From Lama glama (Eukaryota): a DNA stretch of 64,000 nucleotides. This document shows, one piece after another, positions 1 through 14,396 of the stretch (positions are counted from its first letter, which is position 1; the number at the start of each line of letters is the position of its first letter). The notes under the pieces were generated by a model. The model saw nothing but the letters and a program-made list of their open reading frames with translations. It was not told where the DNA came from and ran no database searches. Location of the stretch: NCBI GenBank assembly GCA_028534125.1, contig CM052816.1, forward strand, positions 83,764,001 to 83,828,000, given 5' to 3'. The position numbers and the translations under genes were made by a program.

Positions 1-211
1 ATAGAATGTTTCAAAGATAATGCAAAACAAGACGACAAAAGATTGACAATTGAGAACAAATAATTATCACCCCCAAACTGATCAATCCTAGCTCTCCAAA
101 ATAATACTAACAAAGAGAATTCAGAGATTTAAATTACAATAAAACCAATAAAATATTTTTTAATGTTTGAAAGAGACAGGTCTTCAGTAAAAAAAAGGCT
201 AGCCAATCTAA

Positions 212-792
212 GACTGAGTCAGGTAATACTGCTGCATAACAAATCACCCTTGAAACTTAATGATGCAAAATAATTTTTGTATTTTGCTAATTCTGTGGGA
301 TTCTCTGGGTCAGGCAGTGGAACAAGTCTTGTTGGGCTTGTTGTGCTTTAGCTAAAAAACCTCAAAGTCTGGGAACAACTCAAAGTCTTGGAAGTAGATT
401 TTACTGAAGTTACCTGCACTCAATGTCTGGTAGTTGATACTGGTTACGGACTAGGACCTCAGCTGGGCTATTGGTGGGAACAACTATATATGGTCCTTCC
501 ATGTGAAATCCTCGTATGGACTACTTTGTACTTCCTCACAAGATAGCAGCTGAGTTCCAGGAATGAGTACTCCAAGAGTGCAGGTCTTAAGGGAGTGGCT
601 GATCTAGCCTTGTGATTCATATAACATAACATATCCTGTCCTCTGTTGGTCAAAGAAGACACAACTTTGTTATTCCAGATTCAGTAAGGATGGACAGAGA
701 CCTTATCATTTAATGAGAAGAGTGACAAAATAAGAAGACTGTGTATGATGGAAGATATTTTTATCGTCATCTTAGAAAATTCAATCTGCCAC
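212..792 (-). mobile_element. MaLR MLT1-family solo LTR (old)
   Basis: Begins with an MLT1 reverse-end motif (ctgctgcataacaaatcaccc...aaacttaatga) and ends ...aatctgccaca. Confidence 0.7.
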
Positions 793-799
793 ACTCATA

Positions 800-1190
800 T
801 TGAGAAAAAATCAGTAAGAAAATACAGAGAAATAGAAAAAAAAAGTATTCTTAAAAGCATCATCCACAAAGGATAAAAAGCATACTAGTATCTGACATTA
901 ATAAGTAACAAAGGATAATAGAAATTTAAAAAGGAGACAATGTCTTAATCTTGAGGGAAAAAAGGGATTTCTAACTTGACCTATCTACTAACCTATGTGC
1001 CAAGTGTATAAAGAAAAAGAATATAGTAATTTATTTTTGTGCGTGCTTACATGGACTAATAAATGACTCTCCCTAGGCACTCTTCCGGAAGAAGTTACTT
1101 GAAAATACAGTTCAACAACAAAAATCCAATGAACAAATAAAGTTATAGAACTTAAGAGACAGTGGAAAATTAAGAGAGATGTATCATTTT
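800..1190 (+). mobile_element. degraded L1 ORF1-region remnant
   Basis: A-rich, with decayed L1 ORF1 3'-half-like motifs; identification weak. Confidence 0.35.
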
Positions 1191-4100
1191 ACAAAACTAT
1201 GTCTGTGGTCTCAATTTAAGAAAATCTATATAGAATTAAATACAAACAATAGACATTTTAATACAAAGCTAGCTGTTATCACTAACATGTTTTGAGGAGG
1301 CCCAAGTTCATTTTCCCCAAGTAGAACATAAGAGAAATAGAAATCCTAAGAAACAAATCAAAACTACCTTACAAAAATGGCAAAGCCCAAATGTGAAGAA
1401 AGGTAGAGTGTGATATATTTAGAGAATCACTGTATGTAATGAAGATGACTCAGTTTGGCCCATTATTCTATAAATTTCATAAGAGCTGAAACGTTGGAGC
1501 CTATTCGTCAAGACATTTTGGGTCAATAACAAATTATATTCAGATTGCTAGACAATTTAAATACTTTATCGCATTTCTAAACATAAGCCAACATTTGGGA
1601 AATGTAAGAGGCAAATAGAGTCACAAAGTAGAACCACAGTGATGTCAACATACAGGGAAAGCTCGAGGTGACTGCTTTGGGAGGAGGAAGAGGGAGTGTG
1701 GGGGCAGATTGGAGCCCTTTTCTGATGTTAGGAGCAACTTTTTTTGTAACAGTGGACAATCAAGAGAAGATACCAAAATCAACGTATCTCAAAATAAATT
1801 TTAAATGAAATATTTAAATAGATCACAAAGAGAAACAGCATCTTAAAAAAAGGAAAAGAAAATCAAGCAAGAAGAGACATTGGACAATTTGAACTAAATC
1901 TTTGTGGAACTGCAAGGCTAATAAATTAGGCAATAGAGGTATAGAAATATTATCTATAAATACAGTAATCACCACCAGACGATTCAATAAAAGGAAAAGA
2001 AATCAATTGTGTTGATTTGGGAAGTGGCGAGCATGGGGAGGTAAAAAAGAGGAAGGGAAGACTATATCTTCTCATTAAAATTCTTACTGTGCAATTTCAT
2101 TTTTTAACACAACGGTTGTGCTACTTTCATAAAAATTAACAGTAATACAAACTCTGCTCACATTTATGTCTACTTATATGAACCCCATCATTGCTGGAAT
2201 GATGAATTCAGGTCCACAGGAAAAATGATGCATGCTATTTAAAAAATGGATGAAAGGTGAAAGGGACATGACATGTATTTTTAAGATGCTGTGACTTAAC
2301 CATGGAATATTTCTTCATTGCTCATGCTGAGAGATAATGAGCTATGTTTGCATCGTAAGTGTCCTGAAGGATAGTTTTTCTATTTCAAATGAGAACCTGA
2401 AAATATTATGTAACTGACCTACCTGGGAAACAAGATGACTTTGAAAATAAATTTATTCTACACAACTTAAAGACAAGATCTTAATGAATGGCTACTCATA
2501 TGGTTTATATTGTATTTTTTCAATAGATATTAAGTACACTTGTCAAATAATTGCATTGTGTATAGAGACAGCTCAGTGAACACTTAAAGTTTCTGGGTGT
2601 TAATGAAAACTAAACAAATACAAAAATACTATATACAATTTTCATTGATGATAACTGCTGGGCAATTATAGACCTGCTTCTTCAGCCTGAAAAAAAATCA
2701 TTTTTAACACAAATTCAGTCCTTGAAATCATCATTGCAGAAAAACACATAAGCAAAACACTAATTTCTTTGCTCACATCATTTTGGAGTGAAACCCTTAA
2801 AGCTATCATCTGTGAATATGGAAGACAATCAAATTCATGAATGTGAAACAAAGATTAATCTTATTCCTGATTGGAAGGGTGGGCAAACTGTTTGCATCAG
2901 AAGGAGCAGGGCGTGAGAACAGAAGGGAACGATAGCATGCCTTTAGACAGAGAAATAAAGACTGTCTATTGCTCTAATTTTATATATGATGGCTCACTTG
3001 CTCTGTTCTGGGTTGCATATGTGCCACCAGTCACAGTTGTATAAATCAAGCTGCCTGATCAGCACTTCCCTTGAGCAGCAATTCAATTGATATATTTGAT
3101 TTTAATTCCAGGAAGTCTTTGTTTTTAAAGATTCTAAGAATCTATCCCACTTTTAGGATTATGTGCCAATCATATAGTTCTAATGACTCAATTAAGGAAA
3201 TTAGAAATTTAAATCTAATATAGTTTTGGTTTATATGAAATAAATATGAATATCTTTCTCAAGAAGCTACAAACTGAAATTTGATCTAAATGGTCTGAAT
3301 TACAACTTGAATGGACATGCAATACAAAAATATACCATGAAATGAAGTAATGCAAAAACTAGTCACATATTCTTGAAGCTTTTATTTTGTAGTTTGAACA
3401 AGTCATGAACAATCACATAGCTTCTATATGTATTTCACATTGCCTTTTACTTTTTATTAGGAAAAAAGGCTGATTTAAGTATTTATTTAATCAGATTTCT
3501 TTTTTACAATAGTCTTCTATTCAGAGTCTACTTAAATTTAAGAAACATTCATTTAGAACTCCCAGCTGCTCTGCACTTTGAAACATCTGGAAAGAGGAAA
3601 TAACCTAGAGGTCCTATAAACCAATTAAGAAAAAAGAGTAGTAAAACATAATCAGATTTTGTTTTATCCTTTGTCCAATATTAGCTAATTTGATTTAAAT
3701 TATCATTTTTTTATAAAGGAAAACATAAATCCCACAGTTTCTTGTTAATATTTAGGTTATTTTTATGTGTTTGTTTTCATACACTTTTCATAAAAGTGTT
3801 CCTTTATAGGGAGAAAAATCAATATGGATGTCAAAATTTGTATATTCATTCAATTACCATTATTTTTAGCAGGACTGGGTTGTTGAAATTCTGCACGTTG
3901 TGAACGTCTTTAGGACTGATGCTTGATTGGCTCCTGGGATACAACCTCTAATAATATTATGAAATACTCTCTGTATTTTAGGCTTTTTGGATCTTTCTCA
4001 AAAATATGTCTAGGTAAATTATAGAAATTTAAGCCTATCTATTAAATGTATTTAAATAACTTTTGACCAGAAAATTTATCTTAGGAAATATACATCAACA

Positions 4101-6199
4101 GTATATAAGTGTTACCTGAAAATTGACTTTCTTTTTTAAGAAGATATTGTAATTTTAGTTAAACCAAGTAATATAAAGGCAGAAAATACCAGACTCAAAC
4201 ATGTGTCAAGTTAATACTGTAATATAATTGAAAATGTTTGCAAATATAAATTGAAATATAAGAGAATCTCTACTTCTCCTCTGCCAAATGTACACATGCA
4301 CCTGTACAGAAGATTTCTTCTGCATCAATTTCAAAATTAATGCTCAGGGCTCGAGAGCTGAAGTATAAACCCTAAGGCCACATCATACTGCCAGAGCATC
4401 AGCTTAGCGCTGAAATGGTACTGGCTACTATTTCACTTATTATTTAGCAAAATGAGACCCAGATACAGTGACTTTTTTATGGGCAGTTACAATGGGCAGC
4501 AAGTAACATCTGTATAGAGGTCTCATGTCTACTAATTTATCCATTTATTTACCTGTCCATCTGTCGATCCATCCACTTCTCCTTCTATTCATTATCTGTT
4601 TCAAAATATAATTCAAATCCATTTCCCCAATAAAATCTGTCTCTATGTTTAAATCTTTCTTGTCTTGCCACAAAATGTGAATTTTATGAACTTTGTATTT
4701 CTATTCCCATATTGATTTTAAGATAATCTTTCTTGCCAATTTCTGCAAGAAAGGAACCTAGCAATTCGATAAGAGTTGTGCAGAATGTGTAGATCAACTT
4801 GGGGAACATTTAATGTTGATTCATGTTGAAGAACATAACACAGTCTCCCCTAGACATTAGCAAACATGCCACTAAGAAACAGGAACTCTTTCTCAATACT
4901 GTGTGAATAAAATGAGCAAGTAAATCAGCCCCACTTTGTAAAGGTGGGACATAACCTCAGTTTCTAAACAGTGGGTACACAAGCAGGCAATGTCAGATCC
5001 CAAGGAGCAGATACACAAGTGGGCATTTCCTACACAGGGTATACATAAATATCTATATTTAAATCTTAGGCCAGTGTTTTTTCATCCTGTCTACCTGCTG
5101 CCACTTGTAAGACAGTCAATTTTATGTCTGTAAATAGGAAAGGTCAAAAAAACTTGACTGCTTTCACTGTGCTACCCAGAAAGGTTCTCAGACTCTTTCT
5201 TAAAAAAATACAAGTCCTTCAACAGTACTTTTTTAAATCCACTTTATATGTTTTATGCCCTCACCCTCGTGTGACACATCCAATTTTATCCATTGGAAAT
5301 ACTCCTACAGTTTTCCCCCATTGTATTGCTACATGGTGTTCAGTGCCATCATACTCAGTATTTTTCATTATTATAGCATATTTTTTATGCCCTAAAATAC
5401 TGTCTTAGCACTTGGATATTCTTCACCTTTTAAAGATGGGATTTTTTTCCTGACTCATTGTTGGTTCAGCTTTGCCTCTTCAAGCACCAAATTGACGATG
5501 GTCTCCTGCTGAGAAAATTCCCAGCCTGCATTTGAAATTAAAATATTTCCCATCAGATGTTAGAGTTTATGAGTCGTTACAGTTTTAAACACTATCATTT
5601 GGATATTCATTGTTAAAATTGTCATTCTGATACATATTAAACAAGTTGTAGTAAAGTCAATGTGTCATATTATGTATTAAATATTTTAAAAACAGAGATA
5701 TCTTTCATGTTGTATGTTCTCTAATTAAACTCTATGATCTACTGTTATACATGAACACACATGCATGCTCACACATGTGTTGCGCACAAACACACACACA
5801 CATTTTCCTATCCGTTACTGTTAGCCAGGACCTGTGGGACAGGAGAATTAGACTTTCTTTCCCCATAGAGAGGAAGTCATGATACAATAAACCTTTTTTT
5901 TCTACTGTTCTTGGAAAATGAGTGTCTTTTTCCTTCACAGAGTGGTAATGATGTACTAGGTTAAAGGGTAACACTTATGTGTTTTCTATTTAACAGAATG
6001 GATAAAATAGATTTACTATGTCAATAGCTGCTCACAAGAGCCAGGGATGTATTGATTTCACCATTAGGGAGACCATGGCTACAAATGGAATCTTAACTTC
6101 ATTAAGCTTAAGTAAGCGCATTACCATTACCCCAGACCCATCTGTCTTTTTCCATTGGCTGACCAAGAGTATCAAGTGGGATGTAATAGAAATCACAGC

Positions 6200-6455
6200 A
6201 CTTGTAGTACAGTGTAAGAGCAAAGGCATTAGAGTCCAAGTGCCCAGGTGCAAATTTAGTTTAATGTGGACTAGCAGTGGAACTTAGGTATGCTATTTAA
6301 TGTCTCCGGGCTTCAGTTACCTCTTTCATAAAATAAGAATAGTAACTGTGTCTGCTTCCTAGAGTTGTGGTTTGGATGCAATGAGAGATTGCATGTAATA
6401 TTATCTTATATCAAAACTATTAACATAATAATTATAACTATTTTTATTATTATTC
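6200..6455 (+). mobile_element. MIR SINE
   Basis: Core motif ggcttcagttacctctttcataaaataagaatagtaa...cctagagttgtgg plus an ATT-rich tail. Confidence 0.8.
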
Positions 6456-8929
6456 ATAATGGGTTGTTATACCCATTTTGATAAATTTAAGAAGGGAAGA
6501 TTAGACTGTTTGGCTTGGAATATCTTTGACAGTCCATTACTGCATTTTAACAGAAGGTGTTTATTGAAAGTCAGGATCCATGTATGGCTATTTCATGAGG
6601 GAAAGTGTCTGTGCATGTTGTGGCATTAGGGTTCTATGGCAAAGTACACAGGTGAGCTAACATACCAAGGGGGAACACAGAGAAACTACAACTGATGGTT
6701 TCAGGTTTTAGTTAAAAGTCTTGATTGATACATAGAGTCAAATTACCCTAATCAGCATGGAGACATAGGTAGGTTTTTTTTTTGAAAAACGAATTATTTT
6801 TGGATTGTCTACAGCTCATTAACTTATATTACTCAAAGAAACCTATAATGAAGGTCCTGCATGTGGCTATCAAACTATTGTTTACATCTAGAAGCAAAGG
6901 GAATGTAAAAGAAAGGAAGGACTTGGATCCATCAAAGAACACACACAAAATGAAATATGCAGCCAACTTAAGGCAAAGGAATCATCAGATGTTACTTGCA
7001 TCTATCTGAAGGAAATGGATATATAAATGAGACAGAGCAGTATCCCATAATACAGATAAAGAAGAAAAGGCTATTAATGCTACCTATGAAGTGGAATAAA
7101 TTGCTCAACACTGAAAAAATTAAAATTCAAAAATTAAGAGAAAGAGCATTTCCCTGAAATCCAAACATTTCTACTTAGCTGTCTAGGGTACTAGCTATGG
7201 ATAGGTAAATGACAATCTTAGTACAAAGAGCTGCTAAGGGTGAGTCCACAGTTGGGGTAAATGTAGAAATCAGGGAACAACCTCTCTTATCCTCTCTTAG
7301 AAGAAGATTTATTTTTTCTCAGCTCCCTATTTTCCAGAATAAGAGCGGAAAACACAAATCATATGTTTAGAGAAGAAGGAGGAAGAAGAGGAAGAAGAGA
7401 AATCTTACGATCTCAATGAATATAAAACGAATGGAAAGGACAAGTGTTCAGAAGGATTATAGAAAATGCATGGTGAAAAGATATCTTACAGTGTTGTCTT
7501 ATGTACATAATAGAAGATATCTTGATCACGTGAAGAAAGTGGGAGCTAGATTTACTGGCAGAGTCCACATTTAGTCAGCATAGAGTCTACCCTTATTCAG
7601 CACCATAGTGAGAACTACCATGTTTTTAAGGTTCTCACATGAATTGGAAACAGAGCTCCTTACTAGATGAGAATATTTATATTTCATTTATGTATTGACA
7701 CAAACAATTTCACAAACCTCTAGTGTCTATGGTTCATTCTGAAAGCCAATGAAATTGAAAGTATAAACTTTTAGAGTGAGACTTTTATAGGGTCTACTGG
7801 AATCTTAGTATTTTAGTGGAAGTCAATCCAATCTTGTCATTGAACTTTAACTATGAAAAAAATACTCTGCTTTTATCCTGTTAAACAGAAAATATATAAA
7901 TAATAGCTAATCCTGGACTTAAGTAGTTAGTTACAGAATGTCATAAAAGTGGAGTGAGTCATTAGCAAGTCATACAAAAAGGATTGAAGGGGAAATTAGG
8001 GACTGTGTAATTAAGTAAGATATATAAAATGGGTGCTACAAAACATCTTATTTCAAACTAAATTATATAAGAGGGTGGCTTTTGCTTCCAGGTTGGATAT
8101 ATTAGATTTCTGAAGGCCAACATTTCCTCTGTAATAGCTAGGACTAGCCAACTAAATTACAAAACCAGCAAGGATATGATAAACTAAAATTGTAGGGAGA
8201 ACACACACGCCCATGGTGAGTTGAGGGTCACTAGTGTTTTGTTTATAGGAGCTTATGGACAATTATGAGGGCTATTAAGATACTTATGTGGAAAATGAGA
8301 AAAACACGGAGGCTTTTAGACATGAGAAGTGTCCACAACTGAACAACTCGTTTTCCCTATGAGACATTTAGGAAACACACTGGAAGTTGTGGGTACAATG
8401 ATGCAAATTTTAGGTGGTGATGTGAAAATGCCTTCAGTCTCAAAGTTAAGAGTTCACAAAATTCTGGTGGAGGGAGTGAATTTGTATCAAATGTGTGATG
8501 TCCCCTCAATAAATCTGCCACATTTGAAGCTCTTTGCAGTGAAAGCCCTACAAGGAAAGCACAAAATTCTTTCAGTACAAAACTAAATCTCATGCAGTCT
8601 TTCCTGTGTCAATGAAAGTTCTACCAGTTAATCAGAAGTCTGGGAGGAATATTCCAGGGTAAAGAAGATTGAATAATTCTTATCTTCTCAGGAACTGGCT
8701 CTTTCTTTTTTCTTTTTAACAGAGTGAAAATGGAGCTGAATCTTTTGAAAAGTGTCATCTAAATCCTCTAAGGTTCTTTTATACAAAATTCCCAGTGCAC
8801 ATAGTATGTAAAAAGGTGTAAAAGTACGAGTAGAAATTAAGTAAAACAAAAAAAATGGACTCAAATTCACAGTTTTTATACATATATTTATATATATATA
8901 TGTGAATTTACATTAAGTGCTTCAAGTGA

Positions 8930-9720
8930 ACTATGACAAAATTAAGAAAAACCTAAAGAAAATGGAAATTTTCAAGTTACAACAGAGCAATCTATTAAAA
9001 GATTCATATACTCATTCAGTAGTGGATTATAAAGTATTTAGAGTAGTGCCTCATGGCGTGCCCTACAATATAGCAGAGGATGCTAAGCTCAATGACTGAG
9101 CCATGAAATATATCCCAACGGAAGCACAAGAAAAACTGAGAGAACAAAAATGAAAATAAAACCAGTGTAAGATACCTGTAGGGTAGAGTTAATAGTTCTA
9201 ATATGTGTGTCATTGGCGCCACAAAAGGAAAGGGGAAAGAGAATAGCAGAAGGAGCGTTTGACAAAATAATGATTAAAATTTTTTCAGAAGTGATGAAAA
9301 GCATCAAGTCAGAGTCAATTATCTCGGCTAACTGTAAATGGGAAAACAAAACCTATGCATACACACATGCAGATGTGCAGACATACAGACACACATACAT
9401 GCCAAGACACAGTATAGTCAAGCTGTTGAACTTCAAAAATACAGAGAACCCTTTTAAAGTGGCCAGGGAAGAACAACATTAGTTTCAAAGAAAAATAGTA
9501 AGATTGATGGGTGACTTTTTGATAGAAGCTGTGGAAGCAAAAGAGTAAATTTATGACAGAAAATAATCTAATTTATAGTTTTAGAGCTGGGAAAAATATC
9601 AGTTCCATGAATAAATACATTTTGGATACATTTAACTGAGAAAAATCATCACTAAAAGGAATACTAAAGGAAATTCTTCAGAATGAATTAAGTTATTCAG
9701 GAAAGAAGAATGGAAAGCAC
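8930..9720 (+). mobile_element. L1 ORF1 remnant
   Basis: ORF 9207-9482 gives PRHSIVKLLNFKNTENPFKVAREE, resembling the L1 ORF1p motif PRHIIVKL..K.KEKILKAAREK. Confidence 0.8.
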
Positions 9721-10813
9721 CAGTTCTTCAGTAAAATCTGAATTCTTGAGTCCTGGCAGGAATGAAACTTATGAAAACCAAGATGGAGATGTTTGTATTC
9801 AATCTAATGCAATTAAATTCACTTTACCTTTGTAAAAGCCGTAGGTCTAAGATTATAGAATATGCTATAAAATTTCTAAAGATATAATCATCTTTAAAAT
9901 GTTTATTTCAAAATGTCAGTCACATGTATACAATCGTATCATATGTATGGATCATATGTATATGATAGTACCAAATTAGTGTGTATACATACATACCCCA
10001 GCACACGCACACATATGCCACACTGTACAATCAAATAGCATGTTGTTAACATCTTTGAGGTTACGTCTGAGAGTAGAATTAGGAAGACAGAACTTCAAGT
10101 TTTCCTTAAAAATGTCTGTTTTCTCTTTTAAAGCAATTGAGACTGAATATTTTATTTTAAATATAAAGTAAATGTTTAGGAATGGTTAGTGATAAAATTA
10201 CAATGAGATTAAACATTTTTATAAGAAGACAAACAAACGTAGAGATATAAAACATCACTTGCTGTGAAACCATTGCTAGAATGTAAGAGAACTATTTTTA
10301 ACTATGAAGCCAATGGATTTGGATTGAATGATAGAGTTGGCGGTCAATCTGTGCTATTAACATCAGAACTAGAAGGTCTAAATATCTTCAGAAATTGCAG
10401 ACTTTTGATGCCATTCTCAACCTTCTCAATAAGTGCTTTTGTGTAAGAAAACAGAAAATAAACATATAAGAAATGTAATATTTCTGCTTAAAGATGTTGG
10501 GTTCAGGGCACATATTTAACCCTTACTCATTCAAGAAATTTCACTAAATGAAGTCTGTGCATGTGAGGGGGGGGTGTGTGTGTGTTTAGAGTCAATTCCA
10601 CTAGGGCAATGAGAATGTGAGAAATGTAATGGCAGCAAGAATTGGCAAGCAGAGGGCTAACTGACTTAGCATTGGAGGAAAGTGAGTTGTAAACACATTA
10701 TAGGATGTCCAAGAGGCTCCAAAGTTGTTTTGCCATTGTCCTTTGCAAATGAAGCAGAAAGTGAGAAAAAAATGAACATCTAAACAATTGTTTGAAATAT
10801 TTTTAAGGAAAAT

Positions 10814-10843
10814 ACACACATACACACACACACACACACACAC
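10814..10843. repeat. (CA)n microsatellite
   Basis: Visible directly in the sequence. Confidence 0.95.
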
Positions 10844-10911
10844 TCCTTCAGCTCACTGGCACATTCCAGGCAGCCAAATGATTGTCCCTCTTCCGTATCA
10901 ATAGAAGTTTG

Positions 10912-11444
10912 TGTTACCCCAAAAGGGGGAGGGGAAAGACCCCAGTTCTTGTCATACATGAAAGATAAGGATTCAGACAGGAGACAAAGCATCCTGTAGT
11001 GAGTGATTTTAAAGGATGTATTAGCAAAGGAAAAGTACACCTCCAAGAACGGAAGGTGGGCTGAGCCAAGGGAGGAAAAGTGGTTTTTTGTCTCCTCTCT
11101 CTCTTACACCCTCGCTTAGAGGTGGTCTCTTGATTGATTCACGGCTTTTGTCCCTGGAATGCTTAGTCATGCTCATCCCCTTTTGCACATGTCCTTACCC
11201 ATGATGCACACAGAAAAACCCACGGAGGGGCCCTAAACCGCAATGCTAATTACAATGAGCACTGGGTCGTGTCTGGTGAAGTGCTTGTTGTGGCTGTTGG
11301 GTTCTAATCAGTTTCTTGCTGGCATTCATTTAGAGGAAGTAAAGCCCCTTTATGCTGAAGGCAGGCACATCGCTGTCTTCCTGACCATCCTCCCTTCCCT
11401 CCACCTTATCTGCCTGGTGTCCTCACTTATCTAACTGCCTAACA
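10912..11444 (-). mobile_element. ERV solo LTR (family unassigned)
   Basis: TGTTA...TAACA inverted termini, flanks gtttg/ggttg (imperfect 5-bp target-site duplication, TSD), GC-richer than flanks; orientation inferred. Confidence 0.75.
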
Positions 11445-11909
11445 GGTTGGAGACTTATTCCCTAGTGAAGTTGAAGTGTATGGTTTCTGTTTGAAGGATA
11501 GCAGGCACATTTGAGAGCAGGGAGACAAAACTGAAAACAGTGTAGTGTGAGAGTTCCCATATGAAGTGATGAGGCCCCTGGCCTTATTTTGATCTTGATT
11601 CCCAAGTCACTGGCAGCAGTGTCTGTACCTCCAAGTCAATAACAACTTTCTCTTTGGAATATGACCATCTCGGATACCATGGTAAAAGATAAACTTGTAA
11701 ACTCTGCAGTAAAGACTTTAATTGGAAAGCACCCCCCACCACACACACACACACAGAGCACAAAGCTTACACTCATGGTTTTAATATTTACTCCTTAGCA
11801 GAAGGCCATAGGTAGATCTATGTGAATGATCCAAAAAAATAGAAAAAATTGTAATCTGTAGGACATTAGACTTTGTAGGTAAGGAAATTTCAAAACACGT
11901 ATTTCAAAT

Positions 11910-12571
11910 TGTCAGGAGCTTAGCTGAGCTGGCAAAAGAGCTGAGCTGTCAGATGTCTGAGCCGCCAATAAAAAGCAGTGAGTCAAAAATAAAAGCGTTA
12001 ATCACGTACTGGGAAGGTACAAACAAGAAGCTAAAACAGAGGAAGAGCTGACCCCCTCATGTTCTGTTTTCCCACGTGGAATGGTGCCCTGGCGGGAGGT
12101 CAGGTGGGTCAGCACACATGCAGGGTCATCTCACTGTCGTTGAAGCCCCAGCAAAGGTCTTCAGCAGTTTTATGAACCCAGGGCCTGGGGTGGAAACAAG
12201 GGGGAGGGCTAGAAGTGGGAAAGCAGAGGGTACTGAGTCAGAGTAGGGAAAATGTCTTCAAGGCTCCCCCTCCTCCCCACTTTAGAAGATTTCAGCAGAG
12301 GTGCCTGAAGGAGCCCTCTGGCAGAGCCTCAGATAAAGAAATCCAAGAACGAAGGCATCTGGGCTAGAAAAGCAGATACAGAAAGAGTGTAACCTGCCAG
12401 GGGTTCTAAGTCATTGACTGCAACTCCCTTCAGATACTGTGCTGCACTGACTGTGCACCAAATGTGTGGGGAGGGCGGCTTGAGGCTTGTCAGGTAAAGA
12501 CTTGGTGATTGCCCTTGGCCAGGCTTGAAAAATCATACGTCAGTTTTTAATCAGGAGCTGGGCTCCCCACA
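11910..12571 (-). mobile_element. LTR-like insertion (family unassigned)
   Basis: TGTCAGG...CCCCACA termini; GC-rich block with sharp edges inside A-rich LINE-like sequence. Confidence 0.6.
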
Positions 12572-13121
12572 AATATTCTCATAAAGAGGTATGAGAAGTT
12601 CCGTAGGTCTGGATGCTACATAAAAGAATATCCAGAAGGAAAAAAGAAAGGTTTTTTGTAAAGTAATTATATGATAACCAAAATAACATACAGTTAACCT
12701 TGAAGAAGTTTTGTATGAACTACAAAAACTATGGAAAATTAAAAGAAAAGATAAATATACAGAATTTTCCCATGTGATCCAAAAGCCTAACAATTATAAA
12801 TTCCAGAAAGTGATAAAACCAAAATTAGACCAGAGGACATTATCAAATATATAACTTTAGAACATATCACCAATGTAAAGCACACACAGTTGTGGATTAA
12901 AAGGACACACCAAGTGTCTAACTGGATGGATATAAATAATCCCATATTGAGATACAGCATCCTCACATTTCAGGTCAGCTGATATCAAAATTAGATCCTC
13001 CACGCTTCAAACAAATAACAAAATGGGCTTAGTTTAAAATTAGGAATCAGAATATTCCAAACATTTCTCAAAACGAAAATGGAAATTAGAGAGTGGGGAT
13101 CTGTCTTCAAAATTTCAGAAA

Positions 13122-13609
13122 TGTCAGCTGCAATTGGGGTAATCAATAGGATTCATAAGGCGCTAACAAGGTATGCTCCCGGGAGACTCCTAACAGCCAC
13201 ATCATGTTTACTGTCAGTGGGGAAGGAAACCTTTAAGTGAGCAGCAAGGATACTGGAACACGCAAGCAGAGCTTCCGGCGTTCTCTGTAATTGTTGCACA
13301 GGATTCGGATCCCAAACCCTGAAGATATGTGTGAGATATCTCAGTCTCAGGGAGGCTCAGGCTGCACGATGATAAGTAATAACTAAACCCAGGGGCAGAA
13401 CGTCAAACAATGTATTTTCAATAAACAATGTAAATAAGCTAGAACTGAACACCTCCAAGGGAGTTTTGTAATGTGAACTTTTGTAACGTAAAATATACTG
13501 CCGCCATCATCAATACAGCCCACTCCTATCTTGCTCAAACCTCAGTGCCCTGGCTCCAGGTGGTGTGCAGGTTCCCGTGAGCCATCTGAATGTTAACCCA
13601 CTGCTTACA
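13122..13609 (+). mobile_element. LTR-like insertion (family unassigned)
   Basis: TG...CA bounded block interrupting an L1-like run (ttcaaaatttcagaaa | ...attatctgacctacaaattc); no clear TSD. Confidence 0.5.
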
Positions 13610-13966
13610 CATTATCTGACCTACAAATTCATGCTTTGCTATAGGTATATGTGGAATTAAAATGTTTTTAGATAGGCAAAACCTCATAGTTTGATCTTTA
13701 TCAAGGAGCAATTGGAGAGACTGCTACATAAAAACTAAAGAATAGAAACAAAGTTAGACATTGGATTCAGAACAAAAAACTCAACACAAGATAAAGGTGA
13801 AGAAAATCCCCCAAATGACTGTGGGTGGAATTCCCAAAACGACAGCCAGGGGTCTGGCCTTGAGAACCAATTTTCCAGATTGAAGCAGATCTGGAGGCCC
13901 TGGAAGAGATTTGCTTAAAATGATAAAATTTATAAAATTCCTAATGTACTTACATATATTTGATGT

Positions 13967-14396
13967 AGTAGTGGTTTGAATTGTGTCCCTCAAAGATCTG
14001 TCCAAGTTCTGACCCCCGATACCTGTGAGTGTGACTTTATCTGGAAGTAAGGTCTTTGCAGGTGTAATCATGTTAAGAATCTTGAGATAAACTCAGGCAT
14101 CTTTATAAGGGAAAGGAGAAAGAGACTTGAGACATAGAAGCATATAAAAGGTCATGTGAAGATGGAGGAACAGATTGGAGTTATGCTGCAATAAACCAAA
14201 GAACACTAGGAGTCATAGCAGCTGGAAAAAGCAAAAAAAAAAAAAAAAGTTTCTCCCCTAGAACCTACAGAGGGTCATGGCCCTGCTGACAATTTAATTA
14301 CAGATTTCTAGCCTCCAGAAATCTGAGGAAGTTTCTGTTATTTTCTGACACCAAGTGTTTGGTAATTTGTTATAGCAACTTTAGGAAACTGAAACA
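13967..14396 (+). mobile_element. MLT1C/D-type MaLR solo LTR
   Basis: gtggtttgaattgtgtccc...aaggtctttgcaggtgtaat...ggaaactgaaaca; 5-bp TSD GATGT at 13962-13966 and 14397-14401. Confidence 0.9.

Noticed and set aside
2860..3120. Promoter (ATTGG and TATAAA motifs)
   Set aside because: Such short motifs are expected by chance in AT-rich DNA; no CpG island or downstream exon
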